Under the pieces are notes generated by a model. That model had not been told where the DNA came from, searched no databases, and worked only from the letters and a program-made list of their open reading frames with translations. This document shows, in pieces, positions 33,948 to 43,082 of a stretch of 64,000 nt of DNA. Where the stretch lies: the NCBI GenBank assembly GCA_964536925.1, contig CAZHZF010000008.1, forward strand, positions 7,479 through 71,478. Reading direction: 5' to 3'. The stretch's first letter is position 1. Every line of letters starts with the position of its first letter. This stretch comes from an uncultured Dehalococcoidales bacterium. Lineage in GTDB: Bacteria; Chloroflexota; UBA6077; FW602-bin22. The position numbers and the translations under genes were made by a program.

Positions 33948-34064
33948 ATGGTCTTCGGCGAGATTGGTGAGACACTCGAACTGTTCATGATGATCGGGGC
34001 GGTCGTCGCCTCGATCGCGGTGATCTACTGGATCCAGCGAGTCACGGGCACGGGGAGCGACTGA
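33948..34064 (+). CDS. Small single-TM peptide (38 aa) coupled to the bc operon, not in the ORF track
   Basis: Own translation MVFGEIGETLELFMMIGAVVASIAVIYWIQRVTGTGSD. SD AGGAG lies 7 nt before the ATG, immediately after the cytochrome c stop. Confidence 0.5.
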   Translation: MVFGEIGETLELFMMIGAVVASIAVIYWIQRVTGTGSD

Positions 34065-34089
34065 GCCCCGCAACCGGTGAGGTGATGAG

Positions 34090-34848
34090 GTGCGTCTGAC
34101 CGCCCTCGTCGGCGCCATTCTCGTCGGCACGATCCTGTTGATCGGCGTACTCGTGTCGGGTCTCACCGCGATGCCACGCATCGTCGACTCAGCAGGCACC
34201 GGGCCAGTCTCCTCGGCGTCGAGCCGTGTCTCCGTCGTTGAGAACGGTCCATCGGGTGGCGATTCGGTCGGCCTGACCGAGGATCGCCGATGGATTCGCG
34301 GGGTCTCTTCGTCGGCCGTAACCGTGCAGATCATTCCGCGCCGTGTGGACGCCGCGGCGATTGTGGCGGCGGAGCTGGCCATTCCGCCCCGACGCCCGGC
34401 GCCCACTTCCGTGCCGCCGACCCCGACACCACCGCCGCGCGGGCCGCTCTCTTTCCACGAGCAGCCACTCGGACCATCGGTCCCCGATCGAATCCGGCGG
34501 TGGGAGGACCTCATCGTGCGGCACGCGCGTACCTACAACCTGGACCCCGCGCTGTTGGCCGCGCTCATGCAGACCGAGAGCGGCGGTGATCCTCACGCGC
34601 TCAGCGGTGCCGGCGCGGTCGGACTCATGCAGGTACTCCACGGCTCATTCGATCCAGAGGAGAACGTCGAGAGCGGCGCGCGGATCCTCGCGCGCAACCT
34701 CGCGATGTTCGGCCGGGTCGATCTGGCGCTCGCCGCCTACAACGCGGGGCCAGGTAACGTGCGCGAGCACGGTGGAATCCCCCCGTTCGAGGAGACGCAT
34801 CTCCACGTATCGCGCACGCTCGCGCACTATGAGGCGTTCCGCGCCTGA
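34090..34848 (+). CDS. Lytic transglycosylase (SLT domain) with Pro-rich linker
   Basis: LLAALMQTESGGDPHALSGAGAVGLMQV...AYNAGPGNV. Confidence 0.85.
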   Translation: MRLTALVGAILVGTILLIGVLVSGLTAMPRIVDSAGTGPVSSASSRVSVVENGPSGGDSVGLTEDRRWIRGVSSSAVTVQIIPRRVDAAAIVAAELAIPPRRPAPTSVPPTPTPPPRGPLSFHEQPLGPSVPDRIRRWEDLIVRHARTYNLDPALLAALMQTESGGDPHALSGAGAVGLMQVLHGSFDPEENVESGARILARNLAMFGRVDLALAAYNAGPGNVREHGGIPPFEETHLHVSRTLAHYEAFRA

Positions 34849-34888
34849 TGCCGGGATCGCCGCCTCGATGCGGGACCGGCCCGGACTA

Positions 34889-35824
34889 TCAGCTCGCCGG
34901 CGCCAGCGCGCGCAGCCGGGTGAACTCGGCGACCTTAGCCTCCTCCTCGGAGGTCAGGTTTCGGAGCGGCGCGGAGACCGTGCTCGTCGTGAGGATCCCC
35001 TGAGCCTTCAGCGCCGCCTTCATCGTCGCGAAGTTCGCCGCCGTCGCCGAGCCGCCCCGCGCGAGGGACGAGATGCGCGTGGCCTCGATGATGCGATCCG
35101 TCGCCGCGTCGGCCGCGGCGAAATCCTTGCGCCGCGCGGCGTCGTAGCAGGCGACGCAGTCGCGGGCGGCAATGTTGGCGATGCCCGGAATGGCGCCGTG
35201 CGCTCCGGCGAGAATCCCGGCGTCGATCAGGTAGCGGGTTCCGAGGAAGCCGCGCAGTCCGATCCCGCGACTGCGTGCGCCGCTCATCACCTGCCGGAAC
35301 CAGTCCAGGTCGTTCTGGCTGTCCTTCAGGCCCACGATCGCGCCCTCTTGCCCTAGCCTCAGGATCGTGTCGGGAGTGAACCGCACCTTGACGTTCTGCG
35401 GGATGTTGTAGGCGAGGAGCGGCAGGTCGACGGCCGCGCGAACCCGGCGGAAGTGATCCAGTAGTTCATCCTGCTCGTTGGCGTAGTAATACGGCGGGAG
35501 GAGCGCGATCGCGTCGGCGCCCGCCGCGGCGGCATCGCGCGCGTGCTCGATCGCCAGACGTGTCGCCGCGTCGGAGATGTTGACGACGACGGGAACCCGA
35601 CCATTCACGGCCTCGACGGTGGTGTGGACCGCCTCGGCCCGCTCGCGCCGCGAGAATGACGCGAACTCGCCGGTGGTCCCCAGCACCCAGATGCCGTGGA
35701 CTCCGGCCTCAATGAGATGGTCGATCAGTCGGCGGAGCGATGGGTGATCGATCGTCTCATCGGACGCGAGCGGCGTGACGATGGGCGGCACGATCCCGTG
35801 CAGGCGATTCAGGTCGAGCATCAT
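34889..35824 (-). CDS. Dihydrodipicolinate synthase / N-acetylneuraminate lyase family aldolase
   Basis: PPIVTPL..., VLGTTGEF, YNIP motifs. Confidence 0.85.
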   Translation of the reverse strand: MMLDLNRLHGIVPPIVTPLASDETIDHPSLRRLIDHLIEAGVHGIWVLGTTGEFASFSRRERAEAVHTTVEAVNGRVPVVVNISDAATRLAIEHARDAAAAGADAIALLPPYYYANEQDELLDHFRRVRAAVDLPLLAYNIPQNVKVRFTPDTILRLGQEGAIVGLKDSQNDLDWFRQVMSGARSRGIGLRGFLGTRYLIDAGILAGAHGAIPGIANIAARDCVACYDAARRKDFAAADAATDRIIEATRISSLARGGSATAANFATMKAALKAQGILTTSTVSAPLRNLTSEEEAKVAEFTRLRALAPAS

Positions 35825-35857
35825 GTTCTCCTTCGGCGCACTGGCGAGGATATCTGT

Positions 35858-36775
35858 TCAGACCCTCGTATCGCCGGCGAGCGCGAGTGCGCCCACGATG
35901 CCCGGACTGGGATCAATCCACCGTGGCGCGACGAGGTAGCGCTCGGCCCCGTCGAGGATCACCTCCCGTCGAATGTACCCACCCAGCGCCTCCACCAGAT
36001 ACGCCCGGACGCGCGGCAGGAGCCACTCCGCCCGCGACTCGACGACGCCTCCGCCGAGCGTGATCCGCCGCGGCGAAAGCGCGAACGTGACTGCCGCCAC
36101 GCCGAGCGCGAGGTAGCGCGCCTCCACGTCGAGTGCCGGATCGTCGTCCGCGAGATCCGCGCCCGGGCGCCCGGCCCGCGCGGCGAGGGCGGGCCCGGTC
36201 GCGCGAGACTCCCAGCAGGTATCGTGAAAGGGGCACACACCGCTGCGAAACGTATCCACGCTGCCATCGGGCAGAGCGACCGCGGGGAGCGGCAGATGCC
36301 CGATTTCCGGGTGCAGCAACCCGCGCACCGGGGCGCCATCGATGAGCACCCCGCCGCCGATACCGGTCCCTACCGTGATGTAGATGTAGGGACTGACGCC
36401 CTGGCCCGACCCGCGGCGAAACTCGCCGATCGCGGCCGCGTTCACATCCAGTTCCCAGCGTGCCCGATCCGCGCGCAGGTCGAGGCCATCGAGCAGCGTC
36501 GCCAGCACCGGCGCGCCGATCCACCCTGCCTTCGGCGTGTCGAGCACACAGCCGAACATGGGTTGGGTCGGATCGAGTTCGACCGGCCCGAAGTTCGCCA
36601 CTCCCAGTCCATCGATCGCGTGACCCCGGAAGAACTCGACGACCTGCCGGAGCGTCTCCTCGGGCGTGGTGGTGTCAATGCGGGCCGACGCGACGATCGA
36701 GGCCGGGTCGCTGCTGCGCGCGAGGACGCACAGATACTTCGTACCGCCGCCCTCGACCGCACCGAGATACATCAC
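35858..36775 (-). CDS. ROK-family sugar kinase (fructokinase-like)
   Basis: GAVEGGGTKYL, TVGTGIGGG, Zn motif HPEIGH...CPFHDTCWE. Confidence 0.85.
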   Translation of the reverse strand: MMYLGAVEGGGTKYLCVLARSSDPASIVASARIDTTTPEETLRQVVEFFRGHAIDGLGVANFGPVELDPTQPMFGCVLDTPKAGWIGAPVLATLLDGLDLRADRARWELDVNAAAIGEFRRGSGQGVSPYIYITVGTGIGGGVLIDGAPVRGLLHPEIGHLPLPAVALPDGSVDTFRSGVCPFHDTCWESRATGPALAARAGRPGADLADDDPALDVEARYLALGVAAVTFALSPRRITLGGGVVESRAEWLLPRVRAYLVEALGGYIRREVILDGAERYLVAPRWIDPSPGIVGALALAGDTRV

Positions 36776-36809
36776 ACCGCTCCCGATCAGAACGCCGCCG
36801 TTTCAGGAC

Positions 36810-37610
36810 TCAACGATACCAGCGGTGATAGTGATGCAGCGGCCCGTGCCCGTGGCCCAGTCCCCAGGCAGCGACGATCGCCTCGTGCAGGTAGGTCTTC
36901 GCGAACGCGACCGCAGCGGGAACGTCGTCCCCGTGGGCGAGTCGTGCGGCGATCGCGGCCGCGAAGGTGCATCCGGTCCCGTGCGTGCTGGTGGTGGCGA
37001 CGCGAGATGCACGGAACTCCCAGAACCGATCGCCATCGTGGAGCAGGTCCACCACCTCAACACCGCTGCGATGCCCCCCCTTCATCACCACCCAGCGGGC
37101 ACCGAGGCGGACGATCTCCCCGGCGGCGGCGCGGACCGCCTCGTCCGATTCGATCGGGTGCCCGACGATCACCTCTGCCTCAGGGTGGTTCGGCGTCACG
37201 ACCAGGGCCCGCGGAATCAATCTCCCCCGCAGCGCACTCACCGCATCCTCGGCCAGCAGGCGGGCGCCGCTCTTCGCCACCATCACCGGATCGACGACGA
37301 GGCGAGAGAACGCGTGTCGATCGGCCAGGCCCGCGACCAGGTCGATGATCGTCGCGGTTCCCAGCATGCCGGTCTTCACCGCATCGACGCCGATATCCTC
37401 GACCACGGCGTCCACCTGCGCGGCGATCAGATCGTTCGAGAGAATCTCCGCCGCGCTGACCGCGCGCGTATTCTGGGCCGTGACCGCGGTGATCGCGGTC
37501 ATGCCGAACACGCCGAGGGCGCCGAAAGTCTTGAGGTCGGCCTGGATGCCGGCGCCGCCGCCCGAATCGGAGCCGGCGATCGTCAGCGCCCGTGGATGGG
37601 CCGCGTTCAT
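36810..37610 (-). CDS. thiD: Hydroxymethylpyrimidine / phosphomethylpyrimidine kinase
   Basis: ALTIAGSDSGGGAGIQADLKTF. The ATG overlaps the thiL stop (ATGA). Confidence 0.92.
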   Translation of the reverse strand: MNAAHPRALTIAGSDSGGGAGIQADLKTFGALGVFGMTAITAVTAQNTRAVSAAEILSNDLIAAQVDAVVEDIGVDAVKTGMLGTATIIDLVAGLADRHAFSRLVVDPVMVAKSGARLLAEDAVSALRGRLIPRALVVTPNHPEAEVIVGHPIESDEAVRAAAGEIVRLGARWVVMKGGHRSGVEVVDLLHDGDRFWEFRASRVATTSTHGTGCTFAAAIAARLAHGDDVPAAVAFAKTYLHEAIVAAWGLGHGHGPLHHYHRWYR

Positions 37611-38599
37611 GGTGCACTCCTTCGGAAGTGATCGTGCCCCCGAGGTGCCAGTGTGCGGACGGTGTCGCCCTCGCGCAATCGCAATCCGGGCTCGGCGTCG
37701 AGGTGCCCGATCGGATGGACGGGCAGACCGATCGCCGCGCCGACGGCGATGATCTCGGCGACTCGACTCGGACTCGCCGACACGAGAAGTTCGTACGCTT
37801 CGCCGCCGGTCAGGACGTACTCCAGCGCCGACGAACCGAGGGAGAACGCGATCCGTCTCGTCTCGTCGTCGATCGGGAGAGTCGAAACCTCGAGCGTCGC
37901 GCCGACCCCGCTCTCGGCCAGGATGTGCCCGAGATCCGCGGTGAGTCCATCACTGATGTCGATCGCGCAGCGGGCCAGGCCCCGTTCGAGAAGCGTGCGC
38001 CCGAAGTCGACCCGCGGTTCGGGGAAGAGGTGAGCTTGTCGCGCCGGGGAGTCCATCGCGGTCGAGGCGTCGCGTTTCAGCATGGCGTCCAGATACGCCG
38101 CACTCCGCCCTGGATAGCCGGTGACCAGGACGGCGTCACCCGGTGCTCCGACCGATCGGCGCAGCGACTGGCCCGCGGGGACATCGCCGATCGCAGTGAC
38201 GTCGATCACGATCGTCGGTCCGCGTGCGATGTTCCCGCCGACGATCGCGGCGTCGAAGCGTGTCGCCAGCGTCCGGATCGCGCCGAAAGCGGCGTCGATC
38301 CAGTCGAGCGGCAGGTCGGCGGGCAGGGTCAGGGCCACCAGGGCCCAGCGCGGCCGGGCTCCCATCGCTGCCAGATCGCTGAGGTTCGTCGCGAGCGCGC
38401 GGTGTCCCACCGCCTCGGGCGGGGTGAGGTCGCGGAGGAAGTGGCTCCCCTCCACCTGGCCATCGACCGTGAGGACGGCCTCGCGCCCAGAGTCGAGGGA
38501 GACGATCGCCGCGTCGTCACCGATCCCGGCGCGCACATCGGGACGCGTACCGAGGCTCTCGGTGAGGCGGGCGATAAGGGAGAACTCGCCGAGGTCACC
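37607..38599 (-). CDS. thiL: Thiamine-monophosphate kinase (start codon unresolved)
   Basis: GDLGEFSLIARLTESLG...GIGDDAAIV...; the conserved N-terminus begins right at the thiE stop. The 441-aa track ORF is an Arg-rich read-through across thiE. Confidence 0.85.
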   Translation of the reverse strand, partial: GDLGEFSLIARLTESLGTRPDVRAGIGDDAAIVSLDSGREAVLTVDGQVEGSHFLRDLTPPEAVGHRALATNLSDLAAMGARPRWALVALTLPADLPLDWIDAAFGAIRTLATRFDAAIVGGNIARGPTIVIDVTAIGDVPAGQSLRRSVGAPGDAVLVTGYPGRSAAYLDAMLKRDASTAMDSPARQAHLFPEPRVDFGRTLLERGLARCAIDISDGLTADLGHILAESGVGATLEVSTLPIDDETRRIAFSLGSSALEYVLTGGEAYELLVSASPSRVAEIIAVGAAIGLPVHPIGHLDAEPGLRLREGDTVRTLAPRGHDHFRRSAP

Positions 38600-39240
38600 T
38601 ACGCGATCCGTCGTGCTGCCTCCACGGCCTCGCGCAGGGCGCGTGCGGCGGCGCGCGGATCCTCGGCACCGACGATTGCGGAGATCACCGCCACGCCATC
38701 GGCGCCCGCCGCCAAAGCGGCCGGTATCAGATCCCTCGTGATCCCCCCGATCGCCACGATCGGCCGATCGGTCAGCGCGCGCACGGCCCCAATGCCCGCG
38801 GCACCGATCGCCGCGCCGGCGTCTGACTTGGAGGCGGTGGCGGCGAACGGGCCGACCCCGAGGTAATCGGCTCGCGCGCCGTCGCCCGCGGCGAACTCGT
38901 CGGTGTTCCCGGCGGAGATGCCGACCAGACAATCCCCAGGTAGGATCGCGCGGGCGATGGCGACGGAGAGATCGTCCTGACCCAGGTGCACGCCGTCCGC
39001 GTCGATCGCCAACGCGAGATCGATCCGATCGTTGCAGATCAGTGCGACGCCCATGACTCGGGTCAGATCCCTGAGCTGGCGCCCGATCGCATACTGCTCG
39101 CGCGCGCTGAGGTGCTTGTCGCGTAGCTGCACGGCTGTCGCGCCACCCTCGATCGCGGCCCGCGCGATCTCGATCGATGACCGCCCCCGCGAGAGCCGCT
39201 CATCGGTGATCAGGTAGAGGGTCGGGTCGAACGCGCGCAT
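38599..39240 (-). CDS. thiE: Thiamine-phosphate synthase
   Basis: LYLITDERL...GATAVQLRDK...GVHLGQDD. Confidence 0.92.
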   Translation of the reverse strand: MRAFDPTLYLITDERLSRGRSSIEIARAAIEGGATAVQLRDKHLSAREQYAIGRQLRDLTRVMGVALICNDRIDLALAIDADGVHLGQDDLSVAIARAILPGDCLVGISAGNTDEFAAGDGARADYLGVGPFAATASKSDAGAAIGAAGIGAVRALTDRPIVAIGGITRDLIPAALAAGADGVAVISAIVGAEDPRAAARALREAVEAARRIA

Positions 39241-39247
39241 CGCACGA

Positions 39248-41164
39248 TTATGCGCGGTCGGCGATGACGTCCCAATCGCGAGTCGCGCCCTCGATCGCGC
39301 CCTGTACCGCCGACAGCCGTTCCACGACCAGACGCGCCTGGTTGACGTCCTTCCAGAGTTCCGGATCGAGTAGGCGCTGCTCGAGATCCGTGCGTTCGGC
39401 CTGCAGGCTCTCCAGTTGCGTCTCGATGCGCTGAAGTCGCGCGTTGTCTGCCCGAACTTTGCCCGCGTTCACCGGCGTCGGAGAATCGACCCGCCGGGCA
39501 GTCGGTACGGCGACGACGGCGGACGCGACCGGCGGCGCGGCGCGCTCAGAAGCAGATACCGACGGCAACCCGCGAGCGACCCGCTCGCGATACCGCGCGT
39601 ATGTCCCGGGAAAGGAGCGCACCGCCCCGTCGCCGACCGAGAGGATCCTCGTCGCGACCCGTTCGAGCAGGTATCGGTCGTGAGAGGCGATGAGGACGGT
39701 GCCCTCGAACGCGAGGATGGCTTCCTCGAGAACCTCTCGCGAGGGAATGTCGAGGTGATTGGTCGGTTCATCGAGGAGGATGACGTTGGCGGACTGGAAC
39801 CCCAGGCGCGCAAGTGCGAGCCGGCTCCGCTCTCCGCCGGAGAGGCGTCCGGCCGATTGCAGCGCCATCTCCCCCCTCAGCCCCACCGCACCGAGCGCCC
39901 CGCGCGCCTCGGTCTCGCTCACGCGTTCGGCGCGCGTTCCCAGCAGGATCGTGTAGGCGGACGTCTCACCCGCGAAGGCGTCGGAGGCGAGCTGTTCGTA
40001 GTGCACCAGATCGACGGCGTGTCCGCGCGTGATGGTGCCGCGGTCGGGCCGTTCCGACCCGGCGATGAGACGCAGCAGCGTCGACTTTCCCGCGCCGTTC
40101 GGACCAACGATCCCGACCCTCTCACCTCGCGCGATCTCGAAGGAGACATCCCGCAGTACGCTCAACCCGTCGAATCCCTTCTCGACGCGATCGAGCGACA
40201 GGACCTGCTGACTGCTGAGGCGCGAGAGCGGGAACGCGAGCGAGATGGATCGCTCCGCGGGCGGCGTGCCGATGCGCTCGATGCGATCCAGTCGCTTCTG
40301 CTGGCTGTGGGCCAATGAGGCTCGACTTGGCTTCGCGCGGAATCGGTCGATCGACGCCTGCTGACGCGCGATGTCGCGGGCCTGGCGCTGGGCGCTCACC
40401 CGCTGGCGATCGTCTCGCGCGCGCCGTTCGACGACGTACTGCGAGTAACGCATCGGAAAGTCCGTGACCTGACCCTGCCGTAGTTCCAGCGTGCGGGTCG
40501 TCACGCGGTCGAGGAAGAACCGATCGTGCGAGACGACGAGGACTCCGGCGGGGCACGCGCGCAGATACTCCTCGAGCCAGTCGGTCGCCGCATCGTCGAG
40601 GTGATTGGTCGGCTCGTCCAGCAGCAGGTACTCCGCGCCGCGCAGGAGCAGGTGTGCCAGTGCGACACGAGCGCGCCAGCCGCCGCTGAGCGTGGCGACC
40701 GGCTGGTGCATCGCCTCCTGCGTGAAGCCGAGCCCGGCCAGCGTCTCCGCGATGCGCGCCTCGATGGTGTATCCGTCGAGCCGCTCCATCTCGCCGTGCA
40801 GCGCGCCCTGGTGGCGCAGCAACGCCTCGCGGTCGCCGGCGTCCTCGCGCGCCAGCTGGGCCGCGACCTGCTCCAGTTCCCGTTCGATCTCGATGACGCG
40901 CTGGAAGGCGGCGCCAGCCTGCTCCCACGCGGTCGCCGTGGTATCGAGCGTCAGGCTCTGTTCGAGGTAGCCGATCGTGCCATCGCGGCGGATCGCGCCG
41001 CTCGTGGGCTCGAACAGGCCGGCCGTCACGCGCAGAAGCGTGCTCTTCCCCGCGCCGTTCGGACCGATCAGAGCGACCCGCTCGCCCCGGCGAACCGCGC
41101 ACGAGACACGGTCGAGGATGATGGTATCTCCGAAGAGGACCGTGACCTGATCGAGCGTCAGCAT
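39248..41164 (-). CDS. ABC-F family ATPase (duplicated ABC domains, no TM)
   Basis: Two Walker A sites (GPNGAGKST twice), two LSGG signatures, and a C-terminal coiled coil. Confidence 0.92.
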   Translation of the reverse strand: MLTLDQVTVLFGDTIILDRVSCAVRRGERVALIGPNGAGKSTLLRVTAGLFEPTSGAIRRDGTIGYLEQSLTLDTTATAWEQAGAAFQRVIEIERELEQVAAQLAREDAGDREALLRHQGALHGEMERLDGYTIEARIAETLAGLGFTQEAMHQPVATLSGGWRARVALAHLLLRGAEYLLLDEPTNHLDDAATDWLEEYLRACPAGVLVVSHDRFFLDRVTTRTLELRQGQVTDFPMRYSQYVVERRARDDRQRVSAQRQARDIARQQASIDRFRAKPSRASLAHSQQKRLDRIERIGTPPAERSISLAFPLSRLSSQQVLSLDRVEKGFDGLSVLRDVSFEIARGERVGIVGPNGAGKSTLLRLIAGSERPDRGTITRGHAVDLVHYEQLASDAFAGETSAYTILLGTRAERVSETEARGALGAVGLRGEMALQSAGRLSGGERSRLALARLGFQSANVILLDEPTNHLDIPSREVLEEAILAFEGTVLIASHDRYLLERVATRILSVGDGAVRSFPGTYARYRERVARGLPSVSASERAAPPVASAVVAVPTARRVDSPTPVNAGKVRADNARLQRIETQLESLQAERTDLEQRLLDPELWKDVNQARLVVERLSAVQGAIEGATRDWDVIADRA

Positions 41165-41234
41165 CGCCGCCTCACGCTAGCACGCCCCGCCACACCGAGA
41201 CGGGACGCGGCGCCTGCCTATACTGCGGGCCGTT

Positions 41235-41789
41235 GTGCCCCGCCTGGAGCCATTCCTGCTGGAGGGCGAATCGCTCGACGCGGAGCTTCATTCGGGATCG
41301 ACCTCGCTCGGTCTGACTCGAACCCGGCTGGTGCTGCATCGCGTTGGTTTCGGTCGGGACGTGCGTGATCTCGTCCTGGCGGATGTTCGATCGGTGCGCC
41401 TCGCAGAGAGTCCCGACTGGCGACTCGTGTGGTGCGCGCCTCTCTTCCTGGTCGCGGCGTTGCTCTTCCCGAACCTGGCCCGCCAGGGACTGGTGGCTGC
41501 GGCGGTCGCGCGACCGCTCCGCTTCACGGATGCTGGCGAGCAGTATCTCGCCGCCACGGCCATCGGCTGCGCGTTGGTTGCCGTGATCCTTCTCGTCGTC
41601 GGACTCATACGGCGGCGCGCCTGGCTTTCGCTCGCCGGTGTCGGTGCCCTGGGGATCGGCGCCGAACGCCGTGCCTGGTGCGTCCCCGTGCGGGTGCCCG
41701 CCGAGGGTCGATCGTTCGCGTTGAGGCTCCGCCAGAACGTCGAGGCGCTCGCCCGAGATCGCGCCGAAAGTACTGCCCGACTGGCCTGA
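41235..41789 (+). CDS. Hypothetical membrane protein with bacterial PH-like N-terminus
   Basis: 184-aa ORF: LLEGESL...TRTRLVLH, then two or three TM helices. The GTG start lies 10 nt after TATACT. Confidence 0.55.
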   Translation: MPRLEPFLLEGESLDAELHSGSTSLGLTRTRLVLHRVGFGRDVRDLVLADVRSVRLAESPDWRLVWCAPLFLVAALLFPNLARQGLVAAAVARPLRFTDAGEQYLAATAIGCALVAVILLVVGLIRRRAWLSLAGVGALGIGAERRAWCVPVRVPAEGRSFALRLRQNVEALARDRAESTARLA

Positions 41790-41828
41790 TTACCCCACCC
41801 GAAACGGGGTGACAACGATTGTGCCCCC

Positions 41829-43067
41829 GTGGGGCCGACCGTAGACTCGCCTGAAGCGGAAGGTGAGGCGAACGGCGTGAAGCGGCTCCTCCTGGATTCG
41901 GTCGCCGACGGCTCCACACTCGGGCGCACGCTGCTCAACGAGCGCGGAGATGTCCTCCTGCGCCGCGGCGCCATGCTCAACCGGCGGTACATCGAGTCGC
42001 TGCGCGACCGTGGCTTCCGCACCCTCTACATCGCCGATGGTCCCGACGACGATCTGGCACCGGACGAGATCGTGAGCGAGCACGTTCGCGCGAACGCGAC
42101 TGCCTCCGTCCATCGCTTCCTCAACGTCGTCGCCACGGCCAGCCTCGATCGGCGGACGGGAGCGTCGGCCGATCGGGCGATGTCCGCGGAGGCGTCGCGC
42201 ACGCTCAGTGCCGGAGTCGCCAGCCTGCGCTCGGTCGTCGAGAGTGTGATCGACGAGGTGCTTCAGGCGAACAACCTCTCCGGCCTCACCGAACTGAAGA
42301 CCCACGACAACTACACCTTCTGCCACTCAATCGAGGTGACGATCACGGCGATCATGATCGGGCGCAAGCTCCATTTCGATCGTGCCGCCCTGCGGGAGCT
42401 GGCGATGGGTTGCATCCTGCACGACGTCGGCAAGATGTTCATTGCCCCGCAGATCCTCAACAAGCCGGGCCGGCTGACGGCCGAGGAGATGGAACTCGTC
42501 AAGAGCCACCCCGGCGAGGGCTACCGCTTCCTGCGTGGGTTCCAGCCAGACGCCTACCTCATCAATCACGTCGCGTACCAGCACCACGAGCGGCAGGATG
42601 GCACTGGCTATCCTCGAGGGCTCACCGGTCACAACCGGATCGGCAGGGAGGGACGGGGCAGCCGCGGGGAGATGTTGCTCATCGCCGAGATCGCCGCGGT
42701 GGCGGACGTCTACGATGCTCTGAGCAGCGACCGTCCGTACCGTCCCGGAATGGCGCCGGACCAGGTGGTCGAGGTGATCCGTTCCATGGCGGGCACACAC
42801 CTGAATCGAGAGGTCGTCAACGGTTTCCTCTCCATCGTCCCGGCATACCCGCTGGGGAGCGCGATCCACGTCACCGAGGGGCCGTTCACCGGATACCGAG
42901 GCGCGGTCATCGATCTCAACGCCCGGGCGCTCGACCGTCCGCGCATCCGTCTGGACCGGGATCGATCTGGCCGACGCATCGATCCGCTCGAGATCGATCT
43001 GGTCTGGGAGCCGCAGACGCAGATCGCGATCACCCTCTTCGACCGGGAGTGGCGCCAGGCCAGTTGA
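41829..43067 (+). CDS. HD-GYP domain phosphodiesterase with KOW-like C-terminal tail
   Basis: HDVGK...HHERQDGTGYPRGL. The true start is probably GTG near 41877 (VKRLLLDS). Confidence 0.85.
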   Translation: MGPTVDSPEAEGEANGVKRLLLDSVADGSTLGRTLLNERGDVLLRRGAMLNRRYIESLRDRGFRTLYIADGPDDDLAPDEIVSEHVRANATASVHRFLNVVATASLDRRTGASADRAMSAEASRTLSAGVASLRSVVESVIDEVLQANNLSGLTELKTHDNYTFCHSIEVTITAIMIGRKLHFDRAALRELAMGCILHDVGKMFIAPQILNKPGRLTAEEMELVKSHPGEGYRFLRGFQPDAYLINHVAYQHHERQDGTGYPRGLTGHNRIGREGRGSRGEMLLIAEIAAVADVYDALSSDRPYRPGMAPDQVVEVIRSMAGTHLNREVVNGFLSIVPAYPLGSAIHVTEGPFTGYRGAVIDLNARALDRPRIRLDRDRSGRRIDPLEIDLVWEPQTQIAITLFDREWRQAS

Positions 43068-43082
43068 GTTCGGCCCTGCCCC

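Noticed and set aside
35696-37348. 550-aa plus-strand ORF spanning the DapA-family, ROK and thiD genes.
   Set aside because: It runs antisense through three well-supported minus-strand genes. It is extremely Arg/Pro-rich and not protein-like.
39241-39247. Looked for a TPP riboswitch upstream of thiE-thiL-thiD.
   Set aside because: Only 7 nt separate thiE from the upstream ABC-F gene, leaving no room for a riboswitch. The thi genes appear to be co-transcribed with or behind the ABC-F gene.
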